A DNA stretch of 64,000 bases, taken from assembly GCA_013265495.1 (NCBI GenBank), contig MU059052.1, forward strand, positions 4,770,061 through 4,834,060, written 5' to 3'. This stretch comes from Vicugna vicugna. Lineage: Eukaryota. Made by a program: the position numbers and the translations under genes. Each line of letters begins with the position of its first letter. Position 1 is the stretch's first letter. This document shows positions 38,224-51,200 of this stretch, piece after piece. A model generated the notes under the pieces. It made no database searches, had not been told where the DNA came from, and saw only the letters and a list, made by a program, of their open reading frames with translations.

Positions 38224-40149
38224 AAAGTGATCTGTTCCAAAGACATAAGACTTGGACATGGCGTCCTGACCTAATGAACTGTGAAACTGACCCAATGAAT
38301 GGTAGAGGGGCTTTCATTAACATTTTTAATGACTTTTAAAAAATATAATAGATAAAACTATCTAAGACTAGAAAAATAAAGAAGTGCATTCTAAAATGGT
38401 AAGTTTAGTAAGGTATGTGTCAAACACCCTCATGTATTATGTTATCTTCTTTTAGTAAGAAAATGCCTGGCTTATGATTCAATGAGGCATAATCTCAGAG
38501 TAGTAGTACTATGTCATGATAAGAAAATGTTTACTCCATGACTTTCTTAATCTACTTACCCTTGATTGCTGTAAAACTTATTTCACCCTTAAAACATATA
38601 TACACAAATAACTTTAAATAAAAATACAATCTGTACTTAATAAAGTCCTTTCAGAATAGTTTAATCTTTCTAAATCCTTATTCAATTTTGCCTTAACTAA
38701 GACATAATTTGCTTTAACTAAGATATAATCTTCTGATAGGGGCTCTTTAAATTGATTCTTTTACACTGCTAAATTAAAAGTTGGTGTATTTTTCAAGTAA
38801 ATATGACTCAAGCTTTTGGATAAAGCTGATTGATTCAGAAGGACTAAATTTTCTGTCACTTAAGTTAAAACTATTAAAAATAGCTAAAATCATGGACATA
38901 AATGGGTTATTATTATCTATTTATCTTCTCCTTTCTCTTTCTTTATGCTTTTGTCAAAACTGGGGCATCAAAATATCCCTATGTATCTATCTAACCAACT
39001 CTTTCTTTTTATCTCTCTGACACAGTACCATATATATTTTAAGTATCTGAAAAAATTATTTTCTGAATGGAAAGATTACACAAGACATACTAAATTTATT
39101 CTAATACCCAGTTACAGCCTAACTTATTTATCAAATTTTACTCCCTAAAGCAAGTTCTTATTAGCTCTACAACCTCTCTCCTTTTATCAACAGACAGCCA
39201 TCAATCCAAGCATTCAGTATTATATCCACTCAGTTGACAGCCTGCCGCCTTGATGAGGCTGCATGCAGACTCTTATACAAGGAATTAAAGAGCATCCAGA
39301 ACAGAAATTCAACCATCAGAATTCTTTAGAAACAAAAAACAAACAAACAAACCAAAAAAACCCAAGTTTTTTCTAATTCTCTCTTTTCCAAGAGTTACAT
39401 AAAATTCTACAGTCCTCTCATCAAAATATTAAATCACTCCAAATTATCCCCAAAATATAATGATGAAAAACTGGATTTTGTTGCTTTCTCAGGAGTATCT
39501 GAAAGGCCAACTGAAAGGCCAATGGGAATAGAAAACAATATAAAACATCAACCATCCCTATCAATTCCCTTCTACATTCATCCTAATTACAGGCCACTTG
39601 CCCCAAAATAATCATCTAAGTCTACAGCCAAAAGGAGAAAACCAAGTGATAGGCAGCAACAGAGAACTAATCAGTTTTCTCTCTCATATCATACACCACT
39701 GCCACAGGTCTAAAGGAGAATTATTTGGGCCAATTTCCAAAGATGTCACTGTAAATTAAACATACTCTCAGAAGTTTTTACCTCACTGTGGTTTATAACT
39801 CAAATCAATAGCTTGCAAATTTTCAAAGCTTTGAAGAAACTGAGAACAAAATAAATGAAACTTGTTTTATTTCATGTCTAATGTAAGTGTTTTCATATAA
39901 AAAAGAACTGTAGAAACAACGTAGGACTAGCAACACAACAAAAGCCATTATCTGCTTGTAGATCTTTCTCTCTGTGGATTATTTCACGTCTGCAATCCCA
40001 GACTGGCTTGTTCATCATTCAGCCTAAAATCATACCACAATTCCTACTCCCACAGACAAGTACAATGCACTCAGGGAACACAAAATAATTTTCACTAGTT
40101 TAATCCAGACATTTATGAAAAGGTAAGTCTGCTATAAAATGCCGTAATT

Positions 40150-40560
40150 CATTCGCTTATTCACATACATATATAGCACCTATTACGTGTCAAATCGTCT
40201 GCTAGAGGATGCGGCGAATAAGATTTGCCCCTACCCTTCAGGGTTTATAATCAGCTGGAGGACAAAAGACTGGATACAAGTCACTAGAGTTCAAGGTCAA
40301 GTGTTGTAAATACCATTCAGTAAGGAATAAAAAATACTCTAGGAATCAAGAAGAGGCAGAAAATCACAGGTGTTTGTGATCAGGCAGGATTTTTTGGAGA
40401 AGACCAAATTTAAATTCGGTCTTGAAGAATGAAAAGGATTTTGAAAAGCAGAAGTGGACGGATAATTTGAAAAATGAAGAGAGAGCACAGACATTCCCCA
40501 GAAAGTTAGTATGTATGCTGACACTGGGCTTCAAGTAGGCTTTTATTTATATCTCATAAT
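40150..40560 (-). mobile_element. L2 LINE 3' region
   Basis: ATTCATTCGCTTATTCACATAC...AGCACCTATTACGTGTC...GGTCTTGAAGAATGAAAAGGATTTTG. Confidence 0.65.
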
Positions 40561-40639
40561 TCCTTTTCAACATGGAAGAACAATGAGGTTCAGCTATAGG
40601 CTTTGAGAAAGAAGTGAAAAGGCAAGCAAGGTGAGGTGA

Positions 40640-40860
40640 GTGCAAGATTAGAGTGCCCCCAGTGCTAATCCAAAAATTCTGAACTGTAAGAGAGAGAAAA
40701 ATGGAACGCAGCACTCCAGTTTCCTCATCTGTCAAATGCGGTTAAAGGCAATGCCCGCCTTGCAGGCTTTTTCTGTGTGCACTTCATGGGATGACACGTA
40801 AAATCCTCTACACAGTGCTTGACACACAATCAATATTGAGGAAAGGGTTAGCTATTATCA
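40640..40860 (+). mobile_element. MIR SINE
   Basis: CTCCAGTTTCCTCATCTGTCAAATGCGGTTAA...ACAGTGCTTGACACACAAT. Confidence 0.75.
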
Positions 40861-43528
40861 TCAACTACCGCTAGACTAAATAAATCCCTTCCTACAATCA
40901 TCATCCATGTGACAGGGTTTCCAAAATACATGCCTATTTCTGGGTCTACTCCTATTTGTTAACATTGTCCAAAGATAGGTTTTATCCAGAAAGGAACCCA
41001 TGGCTCTCGGCGGTTTGGCTGGAGTAGGACAGAAGGACAATTATTGTCCTCATTCTTAACACTGAATAGAGAGCAGGGGCTATAGTCTTTTTGGCAGAGC
41101 TAAAGGAGACTGACGAAGAGAGAATCTGCAGAAGGAATGTTCCAATGTATATACTCAGGGACCACACATGGAGACCAAGGATGAATACCACAGGGGCAGA
41201 ACAGCCTACAGGAAGAGGCCAGGAGTGATTCCCGACTCCAAATAGATGAGGAAAGCTCATTACACATCCAGATGCTGAGAGGAGCCACCTGCAGCATACC
41301 TGCCCATCCCCAATCCACCACAACTGCCTGCCCTGTGAAAAGCTGGCAGCATGAACAGCAGTAGCAGCTCCTGCAACCAATTTATGCACATTTAAAACCA
41401 GGGACTCTGGGATTCAGGAAACAACTGCTAATGGCAAGGAGTCTACTACCTCTCAACTGACAAAGAACCTACCTCCTGCATGTCAAGTAGGAAGCACAAA
41501 AATACCCCTCCTCAAAGGGGTGATTTCTTTGCATAAAACCATTATTAACCTTGAAAGCAGGACAGTCTGCCACATGAAAAAAGGGGTCCTATTTCCAGTA
41601 ACTGTTAATTCTAAGAGCAGGCACTCCCACTATTTCTTTATGCAGCAATATCATCAAAAGTATCATTTTTTGAAATATCAAGGACAATCTGTGGACAAGA
41701 CACAGCTTAGGAAAAGGGCAATATCTAAGTCTAACCTTAGAATATGTGAGAATGGAATTTCGTTTTCTCTAACCTAAAACGAGAGGGTGTGGAAAAAGTC
41801 TCAAATTAACAAATGCAGCAGCAGACTGATAATTCTGTAGCCTGGTGTGACAAAATAGTAAGCGCTTTACAGATTAACAGTGATAATTAGAAGTTTTCCA
41901 CGGTGGGGGAGGGGGCAGTCAAGGCCATACAACTAAGAGGACCAATAAAAGATACGCCGAAAGGATAGTAAAGTCCTTTACTGAGGCAAGATGAGGAGAG
42001 AGCAGAGTCCAGGGCTTGAAGAGAGCAAGAGAACTGAGATACCAATAAGAGAGCAGTTGACATGATAGACCACAGGTCACCACTGAAAAAAGAGAGGATA
42101 TTAGCTGATGAAAGAGTAGAGGAATTGAGGGTCTCTGAGAGGCTCCAAGCAACCTACAAGGTTTTGCCAAGGCACAGTTCATAGAGCAAGTCAAATACAG
42201 TATCTCTAGAATTTTAGTTACCATGCCATTCAACCCCCTTGTGGGTAAGATAAGGAAGAAAAGGCCTAAGGGACCCATCTTAGGCTGTGACGTTAGGCAC
42301 CACCTGAGCTGAGACTGGACATCCAGCTCCCAGTCCGAGTTCACTACTCTTCCTTCCTTGTGACCAAGTCCAAGAATAAAAATGAATGTAGCTGGAATTC
42401 TCCCAAGAAAAATCAAGGCTAATCTGCATAGTTCTAATGAAGGATACAAGTAGAAGATCAGTTAGAATAACAACCCAACCGATACAAGGCTCTATGCTCT
42501 CCCCTCAAACAGGAAACTGAAATGTAGAAAACATTGGCACCTCTACCCGCCATCTGCAGGACACTGTCCTTCACGCCAAGTGGCCATTGTCCAGACCACA
42601 CCCAGAGTCCATGAACTGAGCTCCTACATGCTTGCTCCTTGGCGTCTGAGTGTGTCCCACACAGAGCATGCTATCTGAGGTTAAAACTCTGAGGCTGAGC
42701 TGCTGGAGTTTTTGTGTAATTCCTTAAGATTAATTCTGGATCTTCCAGCCAGCTTATTTTTTTCACAGAAATAAAACACAAATATTCAAGGTTTCAAGTT
42801 GTCATGAATTATCACAAGTCATGTAGAAATGGAGTCTTAAGACTTTATTCAAACTCCTTATTCCCCTAAGCTTTTGCAAATAAAAAACTAGGCTCAAAAT
42901 CATCTTACCTGAAGCATTAAAAAAATAACAATGCAGAGACAAAAAGACAAGAAAGATTGTTTTTGTCTTGCCTTCCAGCTTCTCTTTAGCATCTTTGCCA
43001 AAATCTCTGAGAAACAAAGAAGGCTTTGAGAGAATTTCTTGTGAGCTTTGTCGGGAACATTCCAATGCACTAAGCCACATGAGGCTAACAGTGGAGACAG
43101 GTATTCAGAAACTGCATTAACACCTGACCTGAAGCAGGAACAGCACAAACCTGTACAGCTGGTTGGTAGGAGGCTCTACAACCAGTGGAGAAATCTAGTT
43201 CTTCCTCCAAAAAAATCTGCTTCCTCCAAAACTCCCTTGAGAGTCTATACATGACTATTCTCAACCCTGGGATGGCACAGCCAGGACTGCTAACCCCAGG
43301 ATCTCTGTCACCCCCTACCTGCATCATCAATCACCAACGTGCAGCCTCTCAGATCTCAACCCAGACACAGCAGCTGTATTTGCAAAGCTCAGAGGTTCTC
43401 AGAAGAATTTTTTATATTCAGCTCCTTCAAAAAATCCTAAATGTCACTGCAATCCTCTACTATAAGGGACAGAAAAAAGACTATCAGTGCCACATATATA
43501 TCATGAGATTGCTCAAAAAAATGCAATC

Positions 43529-44172
43529 TGTGATGGTTAGTTTCATGTGTCAACATGGCTATGCTATAGTTACCAGTTGTACCATCAAACACTAATCTAA
43601 TCAAAAATTAACTACTATGAAGGTATTTTGTGAATGTGGTAACATCTATAATAAGCTAACTTTGAGACAACTATTCTTGATCATGTGGGTGGGGCCTCAT
43701 CCCATCTTTTTGAAAGGCCTTAAAGGAAAACACTGAGGTCCTGGAGATGGGAGGGGATAAATTTGGCAGTTTGAGATTTACAAATGTTAGCCACTATATA
43801 TAATAGATTTAAAATCAAGTTTCTTTTGTATAGCACAGGGAACTATGTTCAATATCTTGTAATAACCTTGAATGGAAAAAAATATGAAAACGAATGTACG
43901 TATGTATATGCATGACTGGGATATTGTGCTGTATACCAGAAATTGACACATTATAACTGACTGTACTTAAATTTAAAAAAAAAAAAAGAAAAGAAAAGAA
44001 AACACTGAGGTCCTGAAGAAGAAATTCCGCCTCAAGATTGTAGGATCAATTTTGTCTAAGAGTTTCCTTATATATTACGGGATATTTTATATATATATGA
44101 GTGTGTGTGTGTATGTTTATATATATAAAATCTCCTACCAGTTCTGTTTCTCTGGAAAGCCCCAATTACTGA
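43529..44172 (+). mobile_element. MLT2-type (ERVL) solo LTR interrupted by an L1
   Basis: 5' TGTGATGGTTAGTTTCATGTGTCAACATGGC; 3' GTTCTGTTTCTCTGGAAAGCCCC; internal (TA)/(GT) run. Confidence 0.88.
43744..43997 (+). mobile_element. Camelid-type L1 3' end inserted in MLT2
   Basis: AGCACAGGGAACTATGTTCAATATCTTGTAATAACC...GAAATTGACACATTATAACTGAC plus A tail; exact TSD GAAAACACTGAGGTCCTG at 43726-43743 and 43998-44015. Confidence 0.92.
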
Positions 44173-44619
44173 AAAATAATCAAGTTGCCTATTTACATCA
44201 ATACAGATCTTTTAAAATCAGGACTATAAACTCCAATAAATGCCAACAGGGGCCAAGCAGGTAATGTCACTGGAGAGAGTGGCTGTTAGACATCAAATAG
44301 CAATGAACAGGCTGCCTCAGTGCTCAGAAGGCATGAGGGAGTTGCTGGGAATTACACCAAACCGTAGACACTTCACACAGGGGACAGCAGTATTGACAGG
44401 CTGCAATGGGGAACCAGTGCTAGTACATGTTCCATTTGCTCAAGAATAGCCAGAATTCCATATTTTTTTTTAAAGGTACGCTCCCCCTAATTCGTAAGTA
44501 CAAGCAATGAATTCAAATGTAAAGCCTCCTGTAACCCAGTCCTATAGGTATCAAATAAAACAAGTCTGTGAGCAGATGGGAGAGAGGAGGAAAACAGGCT
44601 CTGCGGATTCTACATGACT

Positions 44620-44760
44620 TTATTTGTTTAGTCTTGAAAACATCCCCAGAGGCAGGTACTATTATCATGCTCCTTTTGCAGATGAGGAAACTGCAGCATA
44701 GAAGGCTAGGTCATGTGACTAGTAAGCAGGGCAGCCAGAACATCAGTCCGGGCAGAATAC
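44620..44760 (-). mobile_element. MIR SINE
   Basis: GGCAGGTACTATTATCATGCTCCTTTTGCAGATGAGGAAACTG. Confidence 0.7.
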
Positions 44761-45229
44761 AGGGCCACAGACAAATTCTCTTATCTTCGTCTAGAGTCCT
44801 CACACTGATGAGTTGGAAGCTCTGAATTTTCATTGCTATATGTTATAACAGGCTTGTAAACACAGCCATAGAAACCTTACTGGTGGAGAAAATGTGACAC
44901 AGAGAATTAAAGACCTATTGAAGGGTTCGTCCATGTAGACAAGCCAATGCCTCTCTCCTCTGCCTTTCAACTGAGAAGGTGCACCATTCTCTCAGGAAAG
45001 CTAATCACTAATGCATTTCTGTTGAATGACCTGGCTGGGCTTCTGTATCACTATTATTTACTAAAAAGTTTAGGAAACAATACAGTAATCCGAGAGTGCC
45101 TACCATTCCGTTTAAAAAATTAAATGTTCCAAGCACAATCAGAAAGCTCAAAAGTATTCTTTACCACTAACTTAAGAAACGTGGGAGTGTTTACAATGTT
45201 ACTTCACGTGCATGGATAGAAAGAATCTA

Positions 45230-45610
45230 ATACTGCTCTGCAAGCTTTTAAGCCTGAAGTAAATGGTAACATAGGTGCATATATACCCTTCCTTCTGCAA
45301 TTTGCTTTTATATTCTCAATGTGATGCAGTTGACATTTTTTTCTACTATTGCATAACATTCCATTACATGAAAATAACAGAGGGAATTCATCCACTTCTT
45401 TGTTATTAGATATTTAGTTTGCATTATACACGATGCAGCAAAGCATATCCTTATATGTGGCTTCTTGTGGACGAGTGTGAGGCTTCCGCTGGGGGTGGAT
45501 ACGTGGGGGTGACAACTATACTGTGGTATTGAGTGGGAGACGTGAGGGGATTCTGTATAATTTTGCAATTCTTCTGTAATTCTAAAATTAGTTCAAAATA
45601 AAGTTTTTTA
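45230..45610. mobile_element. Old L1 (L1M-type) 3' UTR pieces: - fragment joined to a + 3' terminus
   Basis: CATAACATTCCATTACATG...TTCATCCACTTCT (-) then GTATAATTTTGCAATTCTTCTGTAATTCTAAAATTAGTTCAAAATAAAG (+). Confidence 0.55.
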
Positions 45611-47808
45611 AGAAGAAAAAGAATACATTCTTTGGGGCCACTCAAAACAACCCCACCCCCCCATCAGACTGCAAAGCTTTGTGTTAAATACTAGACACAG
45701 ATGGGGCCTCCATAGTCAGTGATAACAGGAAGAGGCTGGCTCCTCAGTACCCAAGCTCAGAAATGTCACAACACCGCTATGTGAACATGCTGCTAAGAAC
45801 GCCTCAAATAGCTGAGCTTACATATGGTCAAGTACATTCAGTAAAATCAAAGCCATTCTTTGAATATTTATGAACCAAGACAGGAAGAAGTTATTTGAAC
45901 TAAAAAGACAGCAAAGGTTCCTTAGAGTCAAAAAGTTTCTCAAGCCATAGTACCTCTCTATCCAATGTATGAAATGACTCGTCTTTTTTATAGGGTTAAA
46001 TTGAATCTAATAGTTGTTTAATTCTATGCATGTAGGGGCACATCTAAAAGTGTGAGGCCCCCTAAAGAATGAGATTTGGGAAAAACCACTCTGAGTTTAA
46101 ACATCTCTTCTTTTTCTTCCTGTGCTGGAAGATACCCTGTGCTATGAGAACATTGTGTTTACGTAAAGGTCCGGAGAGTGCGACTGAAAAGAGCTACAAG
46201 GGCCAAACCTAAGTCCAGCCACCTCCCCTAGGAAGTCTGCCAGGACTAACCTCATCTGAACCACATCACTCAGCTCCTCCTCTCTCCCTCTGGATTTGCA
46301 CATTCCCTTAAGCCTCAATCACTTAGCACTTGTAGATGTTTTGATTGGGATCATTTGTAAGTCCCTGTTATGTTTTCTCTTCCGACACAAGACTGTAAAC
46401 TTCTCAAGGCATGATGTCAATCTGGCAATGAGGGCAATTGCCAGAATGTAGTAGAAAGGAGCTGAACTGGAAATGAGAAGGTTTGGTTTCCAGAAAAACT
46501 TCTGCAACCACAACCTAAGGATGTTATCATCTGTGGGAGACTTAAGTTTCTTCAAAATCTTTCTTTGGTTTCTAAGACAATTTCCTCCCATTAAATTCTA
46601 TTTATAAAGCATCCATTCATTTCACTTCTTCTACTGACAGCTTATTTCAATGCAAGATACACGAATCCTGGGACCATAATTCTTGCCAAGAAGAAACATC
46701 TGATTATTTTATTTTTTTGATCCCTCCCATTATATGCATAGCTCACTATCAACCAAAGACCACTTGGTAAATGTTGGTTAAAGTAACCAAGTGATAAAGA
46801 CAGTGGCTGGGGATTAACAGTCTCAGCGGATCCTTTATCTGAAGTATGTTTTCTCTAGCCAGCCTTCTCAATCGTGGCCCACACTCAGGAACAGTCTGAC
46901 ATTTTAGCACCATATGGCTCAGCGAGGATCCAAAGGACACACTAAAACTTGCCAGGCCGTCTGGCATTTCCCGCATGTACCCATGTGGACAGTAGCAGGC
47001 ACCCAGCTTACAGCTGCAGCCTGAGTCAGGTCCGGGAGGACCAGGGTCTCTCCAGAATGCCAGGTCAGCAAGGAGCCAGCCAGGTCAGTGGTCACAGAGC
47101 CTCATGGATCAGCATCACGATGCCAAAACTAATACTCTCATGCTCGTTTACCCAGATTTCTGGCACAGCTGAGAAAATACACTGGTGGTTTTTGGAACCA
47201 AGTGTCTTTCCATCAGAGGTATCCCGTAATCACGCTCTCCACTGAAATGCCGTACCTCTGGAGCACACTGAGGGATGCTCCCTCTCCTGGGGACGCTTGC
47301 CAATATCAAGGACCAATTGGGACTACTGACAGAGAAAGCAAGGTGTGAAAAGAGGGAACCCACCCCCAAAAGACCTCCTCTTCGAGAAGCCTGGATTCCA
47401 TCATCGGAGATTTGTTTCTTACTGGGTTATGAAACACCTTTGGCTTGTTAAAATTTAAAGAGTGCTACATTTTATAAGCTATAAACTCAGACCTCTTCGT
47501 GTGCCTCCATAAGAGCAGCTCCCTACGTGATGACATGGTATTTATGTTGTGAGAAGGAGGAAAGTTGAAGGAGCTGAGGCAGAGCCTGGGCACCTTGGGG
47601 AAGGAGGAGGGAAAAAGCAGCAAGAAAACAGTGCAGAAAGGAAAGGCAGGTGTGAATAGAAGAGATTGTCTCCTCAAGATCCATAAGGAGGGTATTTTAT
47701 AAGCATAAATGCTCAGGGTTAGGCTGTGATCACAGAACCACACCCCTAAGCAATGCTTTGCTTTAACTGGCCCTGTCTCATTACTCTGGGTTTAAAACAT
47801 CTCTTAAA

Positions 47809-47809
<1 letters not shown>

Positions 47810-47853
<44 letters not shown>
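47810..47853. repeat. (CA)22 microsatellite
   Basis: Perfect CA run read directly. Confidence 0.97.
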
Positions 47854-47857
<4 letters not shown>

Positions 47858-48455
47858 GCCATCCAAGACCTGAGATTGCTTTGGCTCACATAAAACCAAG
47901 CTACACACAAGCATATGTTGCTCAGAAAAAGGGCTTCAGGGTTTGCATTATTGCAGTGTTATATATTCAGAGATACAACAGAAGTCTTCCCAGTTTATAG
48001 TGCCAAAACTGGCTATTCAGAGGATTAGAAATTCCAGACGGACTTATCATTCCTCACTTAGTAACAGTTAATCTATATAAAAACGTAACAGAATCGTTAA
48101 ACAGGATTTTTATCCTTCCTTCAGGCTCACCTAATTTCATCCTTTTCTCTAGTAAGCTGTGCATTCCACTAGACATATATGCACTCTAGGGATGATTTTA
48201 GAGACATGATTTGCAAGAAAATGCTCATTTTGCTCTGACTTTGCCTCTAAAGTCAGAAGCCCAGGTTACAGCATCCAAGTCACAGAACTGAGTTACCTGG
48301 AAGAGAAAAATTAAACCGAGGTGGGGGAGGGTATGAGAGCAAGTAGGCAAAAATGTATTTATGACAATCTCTTATTCAACATCATCTAACTTTTCTAAAA
48401 CTGCCTGCTTCATCAGACAGTTCTCAAATGTTTATTTTCAAACAGAAAGTGAAAT

Positions 48456-48589
48456 GGGGGGGCAGGTATAGCTCCGTGGTAGAGCTTGTGCTTAGTATGC
48501 ACGAGGTCCAGGGTTCAATCCCCAGTACCTCCATTAAAACAAACAAACAAATAAACACACCTACTTACCTCTCCCACCGAAAAAAAAAA
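48456..48589 (+). mobile_element. Camelid tRNA-Ala-derived SINE
   Basis: GGTATAGCTCCGTGGTAGAG...GGGTTCAATCCCCAGTACCTCC...CCTACTTACCTCTCCC plus A tail; TSD AAAGTGAAAT at 48446-48455 and 48590-48599. Confidence 0.92.
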
Positions 48590-49736
48590 AAAGTGAAATA
48601 GACTAGAAGATATAATACTGTAACAGGATAAAATGTGCCTCCTGTAGTAGGAAGCACATGTAACAAATCCAGATCCAACATCTAAAATTACCATGTGGCA
48701 GGATTTGTCAAACATTTAATACATCCATTAGTTTCTGTAGCAGGAATTCGAGGTGACTTTACAGGACTCAGCTTTGGGAAGCAGCTGGATCTTAAGTGCT
48801 TCACCAGAAAGACTTCATAAAATCAGCCTTTTGTCAGGCTGGAATGGGGAGGAGTTTCAAAATCCCTAACCCAAAGTTACAGAGGTCCCCAGAGCTTGGT
48901 CATCCTACAAACGGCTTACCAAGGCTTTCCTTAATAAACTAGAAAAACTTGAACCCCTCCTTCCTGGTCACCCCAATTTCAGGAGTGTCACATAAAAAGC
49001 AGGAATTTCAAAGAGATCTGAACCTAGGTTCTGCTATTCCCAAAATAAACAATTTCCTAGAATTAATTTCTAAGCACAGCCATTTATAGATCTATCAGTG
49101 CACGCTTGTCACTTTACCTTCTGTCCTGTATTCGCCTGACCTGTAACATTCCCCTTTTGGTTTATCAAAGGACTCAGCGTTCTTATGTTACTAGATATTT
49201 TGCCTAAAAAAACTTTTTTTAAAAATAGTTTTTACCCATTTCCATGCCCAATACCTCCAAATGTCCTCAAAGGTAGACATTTCCTACAAGGCAATGGTAT
49301 GCCTACTTTGTTAAATATAAAATCTGGTAATACTACTTCAGAAGACTCTGGCAACAGCTGAACTAAAATAAGGGTGTTATCTGGGAGGGAAGAGAGCATT
49401 TGCAGAAAGCCTTGAGTCACAAAAGTGAACTGAAGTAATTGAAGACAGAGGTGATATCCATACTTAACGCCACAGGAACAGTTGCCAGGAGCAAATGTAG
49501 ATTCTGATAAGGAGAAGCCTCTGTCAGGAGTAGGCTGGAAAGCCTCAATTTAATTACTTCTCCATCTCCTCATTATTTCCACCCAACTTGCTTGTCCCCC
49601 ATCTCATTTCACAGCCTCTCCCAGCTCCCCCTCGGGCCTCGTATCACCCCTTTGTACCAGCACACACTCTGGCTCCCTCTCCTCCGCGCTCCACAGCTGA
49701 AAATCAGGGCTAACACGGAGGAAAACTACCAGGGAA

Positions 49737-50136
49737 CAGGGTTCTTAACTTTAATTGCCAGAACCCTTTGGCAATTTGGTCAAGTCTAGGGACCTGTTCT
49801 CAGAGCAATGTCTTTAAAAGCATTAAAAACACAGGATTATCAAGGAACACAATTATACTGAAATGAAGTTATCAAATTATTAAAAAAACAAATTTCGATA
49901 TAGTTGTATTTGTGCTTCTTTATTAACACACTGAGTAACAGGTCAAGTGGCATCTTTCTTAAGTTCTGCAATTTCAAAAGCTAAATGCTACCATGATTTG
50001 TTGTCCACATTCACACTTGAAGGAAATGCTACATTTCAGTCAGGGATTCATGAAAATGAAGCTTTTTTTTTTAACCTCCATCCAAATTCAGAGACTCTAC
50101 AATTCTCTCCATGGGCTTCCTGATTAAGAACTCCTG
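49737..50136. mobile_element. Charlie4/MER80-like hAT MITE with both termini
   Basis: TIRs CAGGGTTCTTAAC and TTAAGAACTCCTG; internal CCCTTTGGCAATTTGG and GAAGGAAATGCTACATTTCAG. Confidence 0.75.
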
Positions 50137-51019
50137 CCCCAGTTATTTCTACCAGATCCTAAAATGGTTCAGGCTTCTTAAAGGAATGATCTCTAAGTTC
50201 ACATCAATAGAAAATTTTCATGCCAGTCAATGGGGACTTATGATTCATTAAGGTCTTTGGAGTAAAAGATGCAGCAGCTGCAAGACCATTCTCAGGCTCT
50301 GTGAGACAGTGTCACTGTCATCCGCTTGTCATTATGAATTCTTAGCTTCACACTTGAATATATCACTATTTCTATGCTGAAGCATTGAGCCCGTAGGCTG
50401 ATAAAAGCCAATCATCAAGGGGAAGAAATGCCAGACAATCATGTTTACAGCAACTGGGCCTTTCAGGGTACAGATTCAGAATGCACATGACAACTTTTCC
50501 ATTACCACATGCCAACAGGGGTCTGATGACCCCTCTGTGTATGAAAACATAGGGTCTTCTTAAAGTCTCTGTAGAAAAAGTCTTAAAGTCTCTGTATAAA
50601 GAAATTTTTTAAAGGAGAAAAGAACAGATTATTGAAAGTATACAGAGTGTCCTTATTTTGCAGAAAATAAAGACTATCGAAGAAGAGAACATCCTATCAC
50701 AGACAAGAGAACAGAAGTTCACATAAGCTGGGGACAGAAGATTCATCCCATATTAGCAGGTATCATTTCTAATGTACCTATTTCCTGGACTCAGTATATC
50801 TGGAAGAAGAATGAAAAAGACTGGTAGAGAAAGCAGAAATGAGCTTTCAAGCCAAGCCACCTGATCTGCTAGTCTCATCCTCAGGCAAGTACCCAAAAGC
50901 CCCTGAAATGTGCCCTCTGGGCAGTCCCTAGAGGTACCAGGCCAGGTTCAATGGCACGTGCTCAGAGAATGGGGAGGATCCGGGAGAGGGGAAGAGGCAA
51001 CAGCTGCTGACATTCACTG

Positions 51020-51200
51020 AACATTCACTATGGGCCAGGCAAGGGACCAAGTGCTTCATATGCACTACATAATCCTCACAAAAGCACTCACGGGTTACTA
51101 CTGTTCGCCATTTTAGAAAAGAAAACGTTGACTCAGAGAAGTAATCTGCCTACTAAGAGCCTAGGCCTTGATTTGAACCTAGGTGGGGCTCCAAAGCTCT
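51020..51200 (-). mobile_element. MIR SINE
   Basis: AAGTGCTTCATATGCACTACATAATCCTCACAA...GACTCAGAGAAGTAATCTGCC...GATTTGAACCTAGG. Confidence 0.65.
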
